From Thermodesulfobacteriota bacterium (GTDB lineage Bacteria > Desulfobacterota > GWC2-55-46 > JADFVP01): 64,000 nt of DNA. Within the stretch, counting starts at the first letter, position 1. Each line of letters opens with the position of its first letter. The position numbers and the translations under genes are program-made. The stretch spans positions 5,933 through 69,932 of the forward strand of contig JBHHVI010000003.1 of the NCBI GenBank assembly GCA_046754225.1. The letters run 5' to 3'. Below, one piece after another: positions 1 to 10,078 of the stretch. A model generated the notes under the pieces. That model ran no database searches. It saw only the letters and a list, made by a program, of their open reading frames with translations, and was not told the DNA's origin.

Positions 1-75
1 TGGAAGCTTCGATTGCGAAAACGCGTCTCGAGGAAATAAAAGGAGAATAAGAGAAGACCGCCGTATTAAATGAAA

Positions 76-122
76 CCCCGCCCAGTCTTCTCCATACGTT
101 GGGCGGGGTTTTGTATTTTTTT
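76..122 (+). terminator. rho-independent terminator (hairpin CCCCGCCCA...TGGGCGGGG followed by T-run)
   Basis: Inverted repeat 76-84/100-108 followed by TTTTGTATTTTTTT; terminates an upstream + strand gene lying before the window. Confidence 0.6.
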
Positions 123-310
123 AACAATAGACCCTCCATTGTGAATAACACCTATCTGCGCCCCCGGTGGGTCTGAAAGGATATTTTGCCCCCCCTCAGC
201 CCCCTGCTGCGCCGAACCCCTGTTGAGTAAAAAATAGTCCCTAAGGCCGCCTAATTGGATATAATATTATTACTGAGCTATAATATCCCTGAAGATGAAT
301 CCTGGAGATA

Positions 311-1447
311 ATGAAGAAAAAAGTTTCCATAACCAGATGCGCCCGATACGAAGATGAGGCCGTTTACGAAGGGGTAAAAGAGGCCGTCGGGGTCATCGGC
401 GGCATGGGCCGCTTCGTTAAGGCGGGAGAAAGGATCCTCCTTAAACCCAACCTCCTTGCCGCCAAACCTCCCGAGGCGGCGGTGACGACGCACCCCTGTC
501 TGGTCCGCGCTGTTATAAGGCTTGTTCGCGAAGCGGGGGCAACGCCTGTTGTGGGGGACAGCCCCGCGCTCGGAGGCGCCAGGAAGGTAGCCGGGAGGTG
601 CGGCATACTCGAAGTATGCGAGTCTGAAGGCGTTGAGCTCATAGAACTTACAAACCCGGTAATGGTGGAAAACCCCGGCGGACACACATTCAAGCGCCTT
701 GAGGTGGCCGAATCGGTCCTCGACGTCGACGGCGTAATCAACATACCCAAACTCAAGACCCACGCCCAGATGCTCCTCACCCTGGGAGTTAAAAATATCT
801 TCGGCTGCGTGCCTGGAAAACTCAAACCACAATGGCATTTGAGCGCCGGCGTGGATAATTCTTATTTCGCCGGCATAATACTCGAACTGTATATGCTTAT
901 AAACCCGCGGCTCACCGTTATGGACGCGGTGGTGGGCATGGAGGGAAACGGTCCCGGCAGCGGCGCGCCGAGGCACATCGGCCTCATATTCGCCGCAGAG
1001 GACGCCGTAGCCATGGACACCGTTATTTCAAGGGTCCTGGGTGTGAACGCAGAGGACATTCCCATACAAAAGGCGGCGGCTTTGAGGGGGCTGGCGGGGG
1101 CGCGTCTTCAAGATATCGAGATACTCGGCGAGGCCATTAAAGACGTCCTCGTTGAAGGTTTTGTCCTTCCTCCCATCATGCACACGAACTTCGCCGCCCG
1201 GCTTCCTTACTTTATCGATAAAAGGGTGAGAAGGGCCCTGACTTCGAGACCCCATGTAACGAACTCCGACTGCACTCTCTGCAACGTATGCGTCGACGTA
1301 TGTCCTGCCGAGGTTATGGAGAATAAAGACCGGATCCGTATCGACTACGACAACTGCATCAGGTGTTACTGCTGTCAGGAGATGTGCCCGCACGGCGCGA
1401 TTACCTCGAAGGAGGGCTGGCTAAAAAGGATACTCCCCGGCATGTAA
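311..1447 (+). CDS. DUF362 domain protein with C-terminal 2x[4Fe-4S] ferredoxin-type domain
   Basis: 378 aa ORF; two CxxCxxCxxxCP motifs at the C-terminus (CTLCNVCVDVCP, CIRCYCCQEMCP); N-terminal region typical of DUF362. Confidence 0.65.
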   Translation: MKKKVSITRCARYEDEAVYEGVKEAVGVIGGMGRFVKAGERILLKPNLLAAKPPEAAVTTHPCLVRAVIRLVREAGATPVVGDSPALGGARKVAGRCGILEVCESEGVELIELTNPVMVENPGGHTFKRLEVAESVLDVDGVINIPKLKTHAQMLLTLGVKNIFGCVPGKLKPQWHLSAGVDNSYFAGIILELYMLINPRLTVMDAVVGMEGNGPGSGAPRHIGLIFAAEDAVAMDTVISRVLGVNAEDIPIQKAAALRGLAGARLQDIEILGEAIKDVLVEGFVLPPIMHTNFAARLPYFIDKRVRRALTSRPHVTNSDCTLCNVCVDVCPAEVMENKDRIRIDYDNCIRCYCCQEMCPHGAITSKEGWLKRILPGM

Positions 1448-1658
1448 ACCCCTGTCTGTGTCCCCCGTCCTTGCAAAGAAAACGCTTATAAATTATAATT
1501 AAATCATAAACATCCGGCGCGGAGATAGCCATAGCCGGAGTTTTCAAAGAGCCTCCCCGATGTGAGATGGCCCCTGCGGTCTTTTCACAGTCATAAAGCT
1601 TTTTTTACCGGTCTTAGTATTTTTAGAACGCCGCACCGAAAGACCCTGGGAGTAATTC

Positions 1659-4600
1659 TTGAAAGGTAATAAACCGAGAAAAAGGCCGTTATTCAAGGCG
1701 CTTATGCTCCTGCTGGGCGCCGTGGCGGCAGGCGTGGCGGTCTATCTCTTCCTTGTCCCCATAGACCTTTCCGGCTACCGGGACAATATCGCCAAAAGGA
1801 TAGAGGATTTTACCGGAACGAGCATGGTCTCGGAGTCCATTACGCTCCGTGTACTTCCCGTACCCTACATAGAGGTGAAGGGGCTCAGGTTATTTGAAGA
1901 GGATAGGGAAGTCCTGAGTGCCGGCGATATGAGATTCAAGGTCTCGCCGCTACCGCTGTTTCTTAAAAAGGTCGTCTTGAAAAAAGTACGGCTCACGGAC
2001 TGGACCCTGACGGCCGAAAGGGACAAAGGGGGCGGAATAAAAGTCTACAATATCTATGAACGCATTATAAGACGCAAACATGTGGTCACCGTAAGTTCTC
2101 TGGAGATGGCGGAGGGCAGGATATCGGCCCGAGACCTTGCCGGCGGGCGGGACGTGAGCTTCGATATCACCGTTGACAGGGCTGAGCTCCGCAGGACAGG
2201 GCGCGGAGTTAAATTCATGGTAAACGCCGGGGTCGGCCCTGAGGCGAGACTGTTTTTAAACGGCACGGGCGGAAAAGTCGATGACAGGACCGTGATAAAA
2301 GGAACGGCGTCTTTAACGGACTTTGGGATCGGTTGGCTCAACGAGTACATACAAACAGAGGGGCTTAAAATAAAGGGGCGGGTCTCCACAAAGATTTCGT
2401 ACAGTTCAGGCGCCGGCCACCTCCTCTCCGGCCTCTTCAACTATAAGGACCTTCACGTGGACTGGCCCGTCAGGTTCAAGAAACCTATCCTTTCCAGCTC
2501 CGGGTCCTCCACTATAAGACTCGCCTCCATGGGAAAAACCCTGCAGCTGAGCATGGGCAAGTTTAATTCCGAGTTTGAGGAATTCGATATCAAGGGGCGG
2601 GCAGGTGTTACAGTGCCCCTTGAGGACAAAGACAAAACCACCGTCGAGCTCGCCGTAAGCTCGACCCCCATGGCCGTTAAGAAAGCCAGAGAGTTTATGC
2701 CGGCCGGGGTCTTCAGCCAAAAGACGGCCCGTACGATAAAGGGCTTCAAGACCTACGACGGAAACATTACCATAGACGAATTCACATTAAAGGCGGGGCT
2801 CAAGGAAATACTCGAGAGGACCATATTCAAAAAGCCGGGATTCATCGCGCTCAAGGTGGGCCTCGACGGGTTGAACTTCAGATACCCCGGCGTAAAGGGG
2901 CGATTCTCCAGGATCACCGGGGGCGTCATCTTGAAGGACGCGACGCTACTCTTCGAAGATATCACGGGAAGGTACAATTCCGGCGAGGTAATAAATTTTA
3001 ACGGGGCGCTGACGGACATATACACTACGCCGGAATATAAGATTGCCATGAAGCTTAACCTTGAGGCCGGAGAAACCCTGAGGATAGTAAAAGGACTTTA
3101 CAAGATCAAATCCGGCGCCACGAGAAAAAAACTCGACATGACCGACACACAGGGGATTACACGAATAGCCATAGGCCTCAATGGAGACCTTCACGGCAGA
3201 AGACCGACGGTCTATTCCGGGACAATGAAATTCACGGGGCTCAAGCTCCGCTATCCCGACGTGCCCGTCTTCTTTGATTCGGCCACCGGAGAGATAACCT
3301 TTGACAACAATTCAATAGGGTTCAAAAAAATCTTTATCCGTGACGCGGCGAATTCCACGTACAAATTAACGGGGCGGATAAAGGACTACAAAGACAAACG
3401 TCCCTTCATAGACCTCAAGGTCGGCGGCGGGCTCAAAAGGGGCACGCTCCTTCCCTTTATCGAAGGGACCTCACTGGAGCATGTTGTTTTTGAAGACGGC
3501 TTCTCTTACACCATGCTGATAAAGGGGAAGTCGAGCAACCTGCTCTTTACGCCTTCCATAGACCTCACGGCGACTTCAGTGAGGTACAAGAAACTCGTCA
3601 AGAAACCCAGGGACTTCCCCGTTACCTTAAACGGGAAGGTAATGTTAAAAAACAGCGGCTTCGATATTGAAAAGGCTGTCTTAAAGGTAGGTACTTCAGA
3701 TATCCACTCAAGCGGCCACTTTGGTAACGACCTCAAATCCTACCGGTTTACGCTGGAATCCAAGGTCATAAAACTGTCTGACATAGGCAGCCTCACTCCC
3801 TTTTTAAAAAGGGACGCCAGCAACGCCGGGCTCCTGACCGTCGATATGATGGTATACAAAGATAAGGGGGCTCAAAAACCGGGGTACAGGGGCTGGCTCA
3901 GACTGAAAAAAGGCATCCTTACCCCCTTCTTCGCGGCGTCCCCTTTTAAGGATATTGTTTTCAGCGCGAAATTCAGGGGCGACTCCGCCGATGTCAACCT
4001 TGCAAGACTCAAAGCGGGGAAAAGTGAAATAAAGGGCGCCGCGCATTTCACCTCGATATCCGGCAGGGTCATGGACTTTGAAGTGGATTCACGGGCCCTT
4101 TATCTCGAAGATTTCTGGGAGAAAAAAACAGCGCCCTTCAAGGACTGGGTAAAGGAAATCATGGAACTTGATTTCATGAAGGGGAAGGAAGTCCCGGAAA
4201 AATCCGCGCCTGTGAAAAGACCGTTGACGGGTAACGGCACAGTCAGGATAGCCGGGGGCAGCGCCTTCGGCCAGCCCTTCAAGGACTTTTCCATGAAGGT
4301 GGACTTAGGTGAAAAAGCCGTGCATATGAAGCCCGTCTCTCTCATAACAAACGGAGGAACCGTGGGTGCGGAGAGTACCTTTTACAGGAGCCCTGATTCG
4401 GATATCTTATACGACGTAAAGGCCGATATTTCCGGGGTCCGGCTAAAGACATTTTTGTCGAGCCTCGGCGTAAAAGACGCAGTAATCAGCGGCACCCTCA
4501 ACGGTAAGATATTCCTTGCCTGCAAACGCAATGCGAAACCCCTGGCAAGAGGGGTAGACGGAGAGGTCCATCTCCAGGCCGAAAGGGGCAAGCTGTGGAA

Positions 4601-5165
4601 ATTTCTCTTTCTGGGCAAAGTCTTTTCCGTCGTGAATATAATATCCCTGGACGAACTCTTTAAAAAGGGCCTTCCCTACAGGATGATATCAGGGGACTTC
4701 AAGGTGGAAAAAGGCGTCATAACAACGAACAACCTCTTCTTTGACAGCGACTCCGTCAGGATGTCCTCCGCCGGCAACCTGGACACGGCTGAACGGACTA
4801 TAGACGTTGTCCTCGTACTGCATCCCTTTGTGACGATAGACAAGATAATAACGAGCATTCCCGTCGCGGGATGGATAATAGGCGGGAAAGACAAGAGCGC
4901 CGTGAACGTATATTACAGTATCAAGGGCCCGGTCAAGGACCCGTCCGTGAAGCCGGCCCCGGTAAAAAGCATTCAGGAAGCGGTGCTGGGCAAACTCCAG
5001 AGGCTTCTGGAGGCCCCCTTTAAGATGATAAAAGAGGGTTCTGAAGTGATTATGCAAAACGGAGAAAAGAAGGCCGGCCCGGACAATACCATCGAAGGAG
5101 AGGAGGGTAATGGAAAAAGCGACGGCGGGGTTCTGGAACAAAATAAAGGCCCGGTGGTACCGTAA
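1659..5165 (+). CDS. AsmA-family outer-membrane assembly protein (large, N-terminal TM anchor)
   Basis: 1168 aa; N-terminal hydrophobic anchor followed by long repetitive beta-rich sequence typical of AsmA/TamB-like proteins. Confidence 0.65.
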   Translation: MKGNKPRKRPLFKALMLLLGAVAAGVAVYLFLVPIDLSGYRDNIAKRIEDFTGTSMVSESITLRVLPVPYIEVKGLRLFEEDREVLSAGDMRFKVSPLPLFLKKVVLKKVRLTDWTLTAERDKGGGIKVYNIYERIIRRKHVVTVSSLEMAEGRISARDLAGGRDVSFDITVDRAELRRTGRGVKFMVNAGVGPEARLFLNGTGGKVDDRTVIKGTASLTDFGIGWLNEYIQTEGLKIKGRVSTKISYSSGAGHLLSGLFNYKDLHVDWPVRFKKPILSSSGSSTIRLASMGKTLQLSMGKFNSEFEEFDIKGRAGVTVPLEDKDKTTVELAVSSTPMAVKKAREFMPAGVFSQKTARTIKGFKTYDGNITIDEFTLKAGLKEILERTIFKKPGFIALKVGLDGLNFRYPGVKGRFSRITGGVILKDATLLFEDITGRYNSGEVINFNGALTDIYTTPEYKIAMKLNLEAGETLRIVKGLYKIKSGATRKKLDMTDTQGITRIAIGLNGDLHGRRPTVYSGTMKFTGLKLRYPDVPVFFDSATGEITFDNNSIGFKKIFIRDAANSTYKLTGRIKDYKDKRPFIDLKVGGGLKRGTLLPFIEGTSLEHVVFEDGFSYTMLIKGKSSNLLFTPSIDLTATSVRYKKLVKKPRDFPVTLNGKVMLKNSGFDIEKAVLKVGTSDIHSSGHFGNDLKSYRFTLESKVIKLSDIGSLTPFLKRDASNAGLLTVDMMVYKDKGAQKPGYRGWLRLKKGILTPFFAASPFKDIVFSAKFRGDSADVNLARLKAGKSEIKGAAHFTSISGRVMDFEVDSRALYLEDFWEKKTAPFKDWVKEIMELDFMKGKEVPEKSAPVKRPLTGNGTVRIAGGSAFGQPFKDFSMKVDLGEKAVHMKPVSLITNGGTVGAESTFYRSPDSDILYDVKADISGVRLKTFLSSLGVKDAVISGTLNGKIFLACKRNAKPLARGVDGEVHLQAERGKLWKFLFLGKVFSVVNIISLDELFKKGLPYRMISGDFKVEKGVITTNNLFFDSDSVRMSSAGNLDTAERTIDVVLVLHPFVTIDKIITSIPVAGWIIGGKDKSAVNVYYSIKGPVKDPSVKPAPVKSIQEAVLGKLQRLLEAPFKMIKEGSEVIMQNGEKKAGPDNTIEGEEGNGKSDGGVLEQNKGPVVP

Positions 5166-5868
5166 GGGGCTCGAGTACTCCAACTTCGCATCCACGGCGC
5201 TGCCGGTGATTCTTACACGCGCGCCCGGCGCGGATTCTTTTCTCGACGTGGGCTCGGGGTGCGGAACCCTCGCGATACCGCTGGCGAAGAAAGGCAAGAG
5301 GGTGACGGCCCTCGACCCGTCTCCCGCCATGATAGAGATACTCAAGGAGGATATAAAAAAAGAGGGGCTGAAGAATATCAAGCCCGTACTCGCCGCGTGG
5401 GGGGACGTACCGGTTGAGCCCCACGACGCGGTCATATGCGCCAATGTGCCGGCGCTCCTGAAAGAGTCTACGGGGTTCCTGGAGGACGCCGTGGTGACAG
5501 CAAAAAAGGCCGTATTCCTCATAGAGAGCGCGGGGCCGTATTCGGACAAATTTTTTTATAAAGAACTCTACCCCCTCATATTCGGCAGGCCCTTCGGGCA
5601 GAGGATCGATTATCTGAAGACCTACAACGAGCTCCACGCCATGGGGGTCTTCGCCAATGTTGAGATAATCGAGTACGACTTCGACCAGCCCTTTGACTCC
5701 CTGGAAGAGGCCCTCATCTTCTGGAAAGAATACATGGGCATAGTCACCGAAGAGCACGACGCGGACCTCGGGGCCTTCCTTGAAAAGAGGCTTGTGAGGA
5801 AGGGGGAGGTCCTCCTCGCGAAATTTCACAAGAAGGCCGCCGTTATATGGTGGAGGACGGACAAATAA
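5110..5868 (+). CDS. class I SAM-dependent methyltransferase
   Basis: 252 aa; motif LDVGSGCGTLAIPLA (SAM-binding motif I); start overlaps the asmA 3' end, so the true start may be further downstream. Confidence 0.6.
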   Translation: MEKATAGFWNKIKARWYRKGLEYSNFASTALPVILTRAPGADSFLDVGSGCGTLAIPLAKKGKRVTALDPSPAMIEILKEDIKKEGLKNIKPVLAAWGDVPVEPHDAVICANVPALLKESTGFLEDAVVTAKKAVFLIESAGPYSDKFFYKELYPLIFGRPFGQRIDYLKTYNELHAMGVFANVEIIEYDFDQPFDSLEEALIFWKEYMGIVTEEHDADLGAFLEKRLVRKGEVLLAKFHKKAAVIWWRTDK

Positions 5869-5981
5869 TACCCGGCAGTGGTAAAAAGACTCAGAGAAGG
5901 TCTCTTATGTTTATGGCGGGTTTCTTCAGATTTTTATGAGCGCAGATGGATTTACAGAAGCGTTGAGTTAAAAAGGGCGGG

Positions 5982-6764
5982 TTAAAAATTGTGGCTGCTC
6001 TTCATAAGGAGGCTCACTCCGAGGTAGGTGAAGATGACCACGAAAAAACCCCCCACAGTTGCGATACTGAGCCCCCTGCCCCTCCAGTCCTTTACGTAAT
6101 AGGCGTGCATCGCACCGGCGTAATAGAACCACACTATAAAACTCCATATGGTCTTGGGCTCCCAGAGCCAGTACGTGCCCCAGGCGAGGTACGCCCAGAG
6201 CGCCCCTGAGAACATGGCGGCCGAGAAGAGGCAAAAACCCCACAGTACGCTCCTTCCGGCGATATCCTGATACCTCTTTACTTCAGTGCCGTTTTTTCCC
6301 CCCGACTCGTAAAAGAGATATAGCGCCGCCCCTGAAAAGGCGAGCGTAAAGAGTGCGTATGCCGCGAAGGAGAGCGTCACGTGCGCCTCAAACCAGTAAG
6401 TACGGAGGATGAGCGAGAGGGGGCCGCCGGGCTTTTCGTTTACAATGGCGAAGAGAAGCGCCAGGATTGCCACGGGCATTGTAACCACCTCGGCCTTCCG
6501 CTCTGAGTACTTGAGCATCACAATCACGGTCACAAGTACGGTCGTCCAGCTGTAAAAGAGAAGCGTCTCGAACATGCTTGCCATGGGGGCATGTCCCGTT
6601 GCGGTTATCCTCAGTATAAGGGCGGTGGTGTGCGATAAAAGGCCGAGGAGAACGAGGGCCTTTGAAGTCGGCTCAAGAGCCCTTACACTCTTAAAGTGGA
6701 AGGCAAGGACGGCAATAAAACCGGAGAGATAAAAGAGAGCCGAGGCGTATAAAAAGGCTTTCAT
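5982..6764 (-). CDS. ccsA: cytochrome c-type biogenesis protein CcsA/ResC (haem handling, W-rich WWD domain)
   Basis: 260 aa polytopic membrane protein with WGTYWLWEPK tryptophan-rich motif and conserved His residues. Confidence 0.7.
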   Translation of the reverse strand: MKAFLYASALFYLSGFIAVLAFHFKSVRALEPTSKALVLLGLLSHTTALILRITATGHAPMASMFETLLFYSWTTVLVTVIVMLKYSERKAEVVTMPVAILALLFAIVNEKPGGPLSLILRTYWFEAHVTLSFAAYALFTLAFSGAALYLFYESGGKNGTEVKRYQDIAGRSVLWGFCLFSAAMFSGALWAYLAWGTYWLWEPKTIWSFIVWFYYAGAMHAYYVKDWRGRGLSIATVGGFFVVIFTYLGVSLLMKSSHNF

Positions 6765-6822
6765 GAATTTTTAATTCCAGACATTTTTTACGGCGGCCCG
6801 CTCGGGGCGGCCCTCAGGCGTT

Positions 6823-7461
6823 CTATCGCCCCCGCCCCTCTTCCCAGATGTATGCGTGCAGCTGCAGTTGCAACCTGACCCTTAACACGTCCTTAAGTAT
6901 CCAGTCCGCCAACTCGCCGGGAGCGAGGCCGGGCCTTACCGGCGCGAAGAGCACCTTATCGGTCCTGTCCTCTATGAGTTCAGCGAGGCATCTTTTCGCG
7001 AACTCATAGTCCGTCCTGTCGGCGATTACGAATTTTATCTCGTCGAGGGGCGTTATGGATGAGAGGTTTTCGACCTTGAATGAGCCGGAGTGCCCGCTCG
7101 AAGGGCATTTGATGTCGACTATCTTTATAACCCTCGCGTCGAGGCCCTTCATATCAACGCTGCCGTTCGTCTCGATGAGCACCGTATAGCCCCTGTCAAG
7201 CAGCCTCACGGCGAGCCCCCCTGACTCCTCCTGAAGGAGCGGCTCTCCGCCCGTTATCTCGACAAGCCGGCAATTAAAACGTTCCACCTCGCCGACTATC
7301 CCGTCGACGGTCATATCTTCGGCCCCCTCGCCGGCCCTGGCATAAGAGGTATCGCACCAGTCGCAGCTCAGGTTGCATCCGGCGAGCCTTACAAAGGCGC
7401 AGGGGAGTCCGGCGTATGTGGACTCTCCCTGGATGCTCAAAAATATCTCACTTACAAGCAT
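6823..7461 (-). CDS. queE: 7-carboxy-7-deazaguanine synthase (radical SAM)
   Basis: 212 aa; FVRLAGCNLSCDWCDT radical-SAM cluster motif and overall QueE-like layout. Confidence 0.8.
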   Translation of the reverse strand: MLVSEIFLSIQGESTYAGLPCAFVRLAGCNLSCDWCDTSYARAGEGAEDMTVDGIVGEVERFNCRLVEITGGEPLLQEESGGLAVRLLDRGYTVLIETNGSVDMKGLDARVIKIVDIKCPSSGHSGSFKVENLSSITPLDEIKFVIADRTDYEFAKRCLAELIEDRTDKVLFAPVRPGLAPGELADWILKDVLRVRLQLQLHAYIWEEGRGR

Positions 7462-7574
7462 TTACCTGAAATTTTGTACCCGGCTATGAAAAGGGCGCAT
7501 AAAAAAGACGTTATGCGGCGGCTCTACCGCCCCGCCTTGAGGAAGGCCGTGCTCTTCATCCGGGTAGTAGCAGC

Positions 7575-10037
7575 CTACTTTTTCTTATTATCGTTATTGT
7601 TATCGTTATTCTTGTTTTCCGCGCCCTTTTGCTTTTTCGCCGCCGGGGGTCTTCCAAAGGCCTTGTACTTCTTTGCGAGGTCCCTCAACGTGTCCCCGGC
7701 GAGGCGGTTTATGGTGCCCTCGGGGAAGACCCCGTCGGCCCCCCTCTCGCCGGCTCTAACGCCCGTGAGTATCTCAATCCCCTCATCGACCATATCTATG
7801 GGGTAGATGGCGAACTTGCCCCCGGCCACGGCTTCGCGCACCTCTCTTTTCAACATAAGGTTCTTTACGTTCCGCCCCGGTATAATCACACCCTGACGGC
7901 CTGTCAGCCCCTTTGCCGTGCATACATCGAAAAAGCCCTCTATCTTTTCGTTCACCCCCCCTATGGGCTGGACCTCTCCGAACTGGTTCATGGACCCCGT
8001 GACGGCAAAGCTCTGGTCTATGGGCTTTCCCGAAAGGCTTGAAAGGAGGGAGTATACCTCTGTGCAGGTGGCGCTGTCGCCCTCTATCTCGTCGTAGAGC
8101 TGCTCGAAACAGATGGAGGCTGAAAGGGTCATGGGGAAATCCCTTGCGAACCTCTCTCCGAGAAAACTCTTGAGTATCATGAGGGCCTTGTTATGTATCT
8201 TGCCGCTCATCTTGACCTCGCGTTCGAGGTTCACAACACCGGCGTCCCCCATAAAGGTCCTGGCCGTGACCCTCGAAGGCTTGCCGAATGCGTAGTCGCC
8301 GAGGCTAAGGACGGCCAGGCCGTTAATCTGGCCCACCACGGCCCCCTCGGTATCCACCATTATGGTATCCTCTGTAATGTATTCCCTCAGCCTGTCCTCA
8401 ACCTTGGAGTGCCTGTATCTCTTCTCATCAAGCGCCTTTTCCACGTGGCCGGCGGTAACGGTGGAGCTCCCCTCAACCGACGCCCAGTAACCGGCCTCCT
8501 CCACAAGGGTCTGTATGTCGTTGAACCTCGCGGATAGTTTTTCCTTCTCTCCTGCGAGCCTGGCGCCGAACTCGACGACACCCGCCACGCCTGTGGCGTC
8601 AAAGGGCAGGAGCCCCTGCTTCGTACAGCATGTGCCCACGAAGTGGGCGTACTTCTCCATGCTCTTTTCGTCCCTCGCCATGATAACCTCAAAATCGGCC
8701 TTGACCTTGAAGAGCTTCCTGTATTCCCTGTCGATGTTATAGAGAAGATAATAGATAAAGGGGTCTCCGATGATGACGAGTTTTATATCCACGGGGATAG
8801 CCGAGGGTTTAAGGGTGGTCGATGAAACAAGCCTGTACTGCTCCCAGACGTCCTCTATCTTCACCTCCCCGGTCTTTATCATCCTCTTAAGGGAATCGTA
8901 TACAAAGATATTCCTCAAGATGTCCAGGGCGTTTACGATGAGGTAACCGCCGTTGGCCCTGTGGATGGAGCCGCTCTTTATCATGGTAAAATCGGTGGAG
9001 GCGACGCCTAACTGCACCCTGTACTCAATCCTGCCGAAGATATTGTAATATGTCGGGTTCGATTCAAAGACCACAGGGGCCCCTCCCGTATCCTTGTTGT
9101 TTACAAGCAGGTTCACCCTGTAACGTTCGTAGGCGGGCCCCTGGCGCTGAAGACTCAGCGCCCCAAGGGCTATGGGCATCTGCTCCTTGGGTTTAAAGTC
9201 CTCTATGTTCGCGAATATATCCTCTTTAACCATGTTTATGAAGGCCACCACCTTGCTAAACTCCTTGAACTCTTCAAGGAGCTCCATTATAACGGGATTG
9301 ACCACATACTGGACCATCTCCCTGTCGAGGTTCGCGATCCTTACCCTCGTCTCTTTCTCGATCCTGCGCGCCTCCCTTATGGCCTCGGAGAGTTTGTCCT
9401 GAAGTATCTTAAGGTCTTCATCTATGACGGACTTTTTTTCCAGGGGGAGTTTTTCGTACTCCTGCTGGCTAAGGGGTTTGCCGTCTTTGGCGGGCACAAC
9501 GGCAAGGCCGCTTACGGTCTTTCTCACCATGAAATCCTTTTCAGCGGCCAGCTTTTCGAGCCTGGAAAAGACCGCCTTGGTCCTCTCCTGCTGGCCGTCG
9601 AGGATTTCGTCGCGGTGCGTCTCGTAGTCCTTGCTCTCAAAGACCTTGGGGATATCCCTTCTCAAGGTCTCTATGAGCTCCTCCATCTCCTTTACGAAAA
9701 GGCACCCCTTGCCGGGAGGGAGGTTGATGGCCGTGGGGGCGTCGGGCTCGGTAAAATTGAATACATAGCACCAGTCGTCGGGTACGGACTCTTTCGCGGC
9801 CTTCTCCTTTATGAAATTCATGACAGTGGTGTGTTTCCCCGTGCCTGTCTCGCCGAGGACAAAGATATTGTAGTTCGTGTTCCTTATGCCGAGACCGAAG
9901 TCTATCGCCTTAAGCGCCCTCTCCTGGCCTATTATCTCCCTTAGCGACGGGAGTTCTGCGGTGGTCTTAAAGGAAAACGCAGAGGGGTCGCAACTTAATA
10001 TCAGCTCTTCAGGCCTTAAAGGTTCAATCTTCGCCAT
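7575..10037 (-). CDS. Lon-related ATP-dependent protease (AAA+ plus S16 peptidase domain, lon_rel/BrxL-like architecture, no LonA N-domain)
   Basis: 820 aa; Walker A VLGETGTGKHT; C-terminal S16 domain with Ser/Lys dyad region (GDSAT...GGVNEKIEG); low-complexity N/D/K-rich C-terminal tail. Confidence 0.7.
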   Translation of the reverse strand: MAKIEPLRPEELILSCDPSAFSFKTTAELPSLREIIGQERALKAIDFGLGIRNTNYNIFVLGETGTGKHTTVMNFIKEKAAKESVPDDWCYVFNFTEPDAPTAINLPPGKGCLFVKEMEELIETLRRDIPKVFESKDYETHRDEILDGQQERTKAVFSRLEKLAAEKDFMVRKTVSGLAVVPAKDGKPLSQQEYEKLPLEKKSVIDEDLKILQDKLSEAIREARRIEKETRVRIANLDREMVQYVVNPVIMELLEEFKEFSKVVAFINMVKEDIFANIEDFKPKEQMPIALGALSLQRQGPAYERYRVNLLVNNKDTGGAPVVFESNPTYYNIFGRIEYRVQLGVASTDFTMIKSGSIHRANGGYLIVNALDILRNIFVYDSLKRMIKTGEVKIEDVWEQYRLVSSTTLKPSAIPVDIKLVIIGDPFIYYLLYNIDREYRKLFKVKADFEVIMARDEKSMEKYAHFVGTCCTKQGLLPFDATGVAGVVEFGARLAGEKEKLSARFNDIQTLVEEAGYWASVEGSSTVTAGHVEKALDEKRYRHSKVEDRLREYITEDTIMVDTEGAVVGQINGLAVLSLGDYAFGKPSRVTARTFMGDAGVVNLEREVKMSGKIHNKALMILKSFLGERFARDFPMTLSASICFEQLYDEIEGDSATCTEVYSLLSSLSGKPIDQSFAVTGSMNQFGEVQPIGGVNEKIEGFFDVCTAKGLTGRQGVIIPGRNVKNLMLKREVREAVAGGKFAIYPIDMVDEGIEILTGVRAGERGADGVFPEGTINRLAGDTLRDLAKKYKAFGRPPAAKKQKGAENKNNDNNNDNKKK

Positions 10038-10078
10038 GATACCCCCTTAAAGGATTTGCAGGTCTTGTGACGCACGCA

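Noticed and set aside
278-976. Long antisense ORFs overlapping confident genes (e.g. 278-976-, 4689-5549-, 5050-5829-, 20116-21006+, 32209-33012+, 43303-43926-, 56037-56588-)
   Set aside because: High-GC DNA produces long stop-free antisense frames. These have no RBS, no recognisable family and lie fully within or opposite well-supported coding regions
7575-10037. Lon-like protease as BrxL of a BREX defence system
   Set aside because: No brxA/B/C, pglX or pglZ-like genes anywhere in the window. The neighbours are queE and a CDF transporter, so a housekeeping lon_rel protease is more likely
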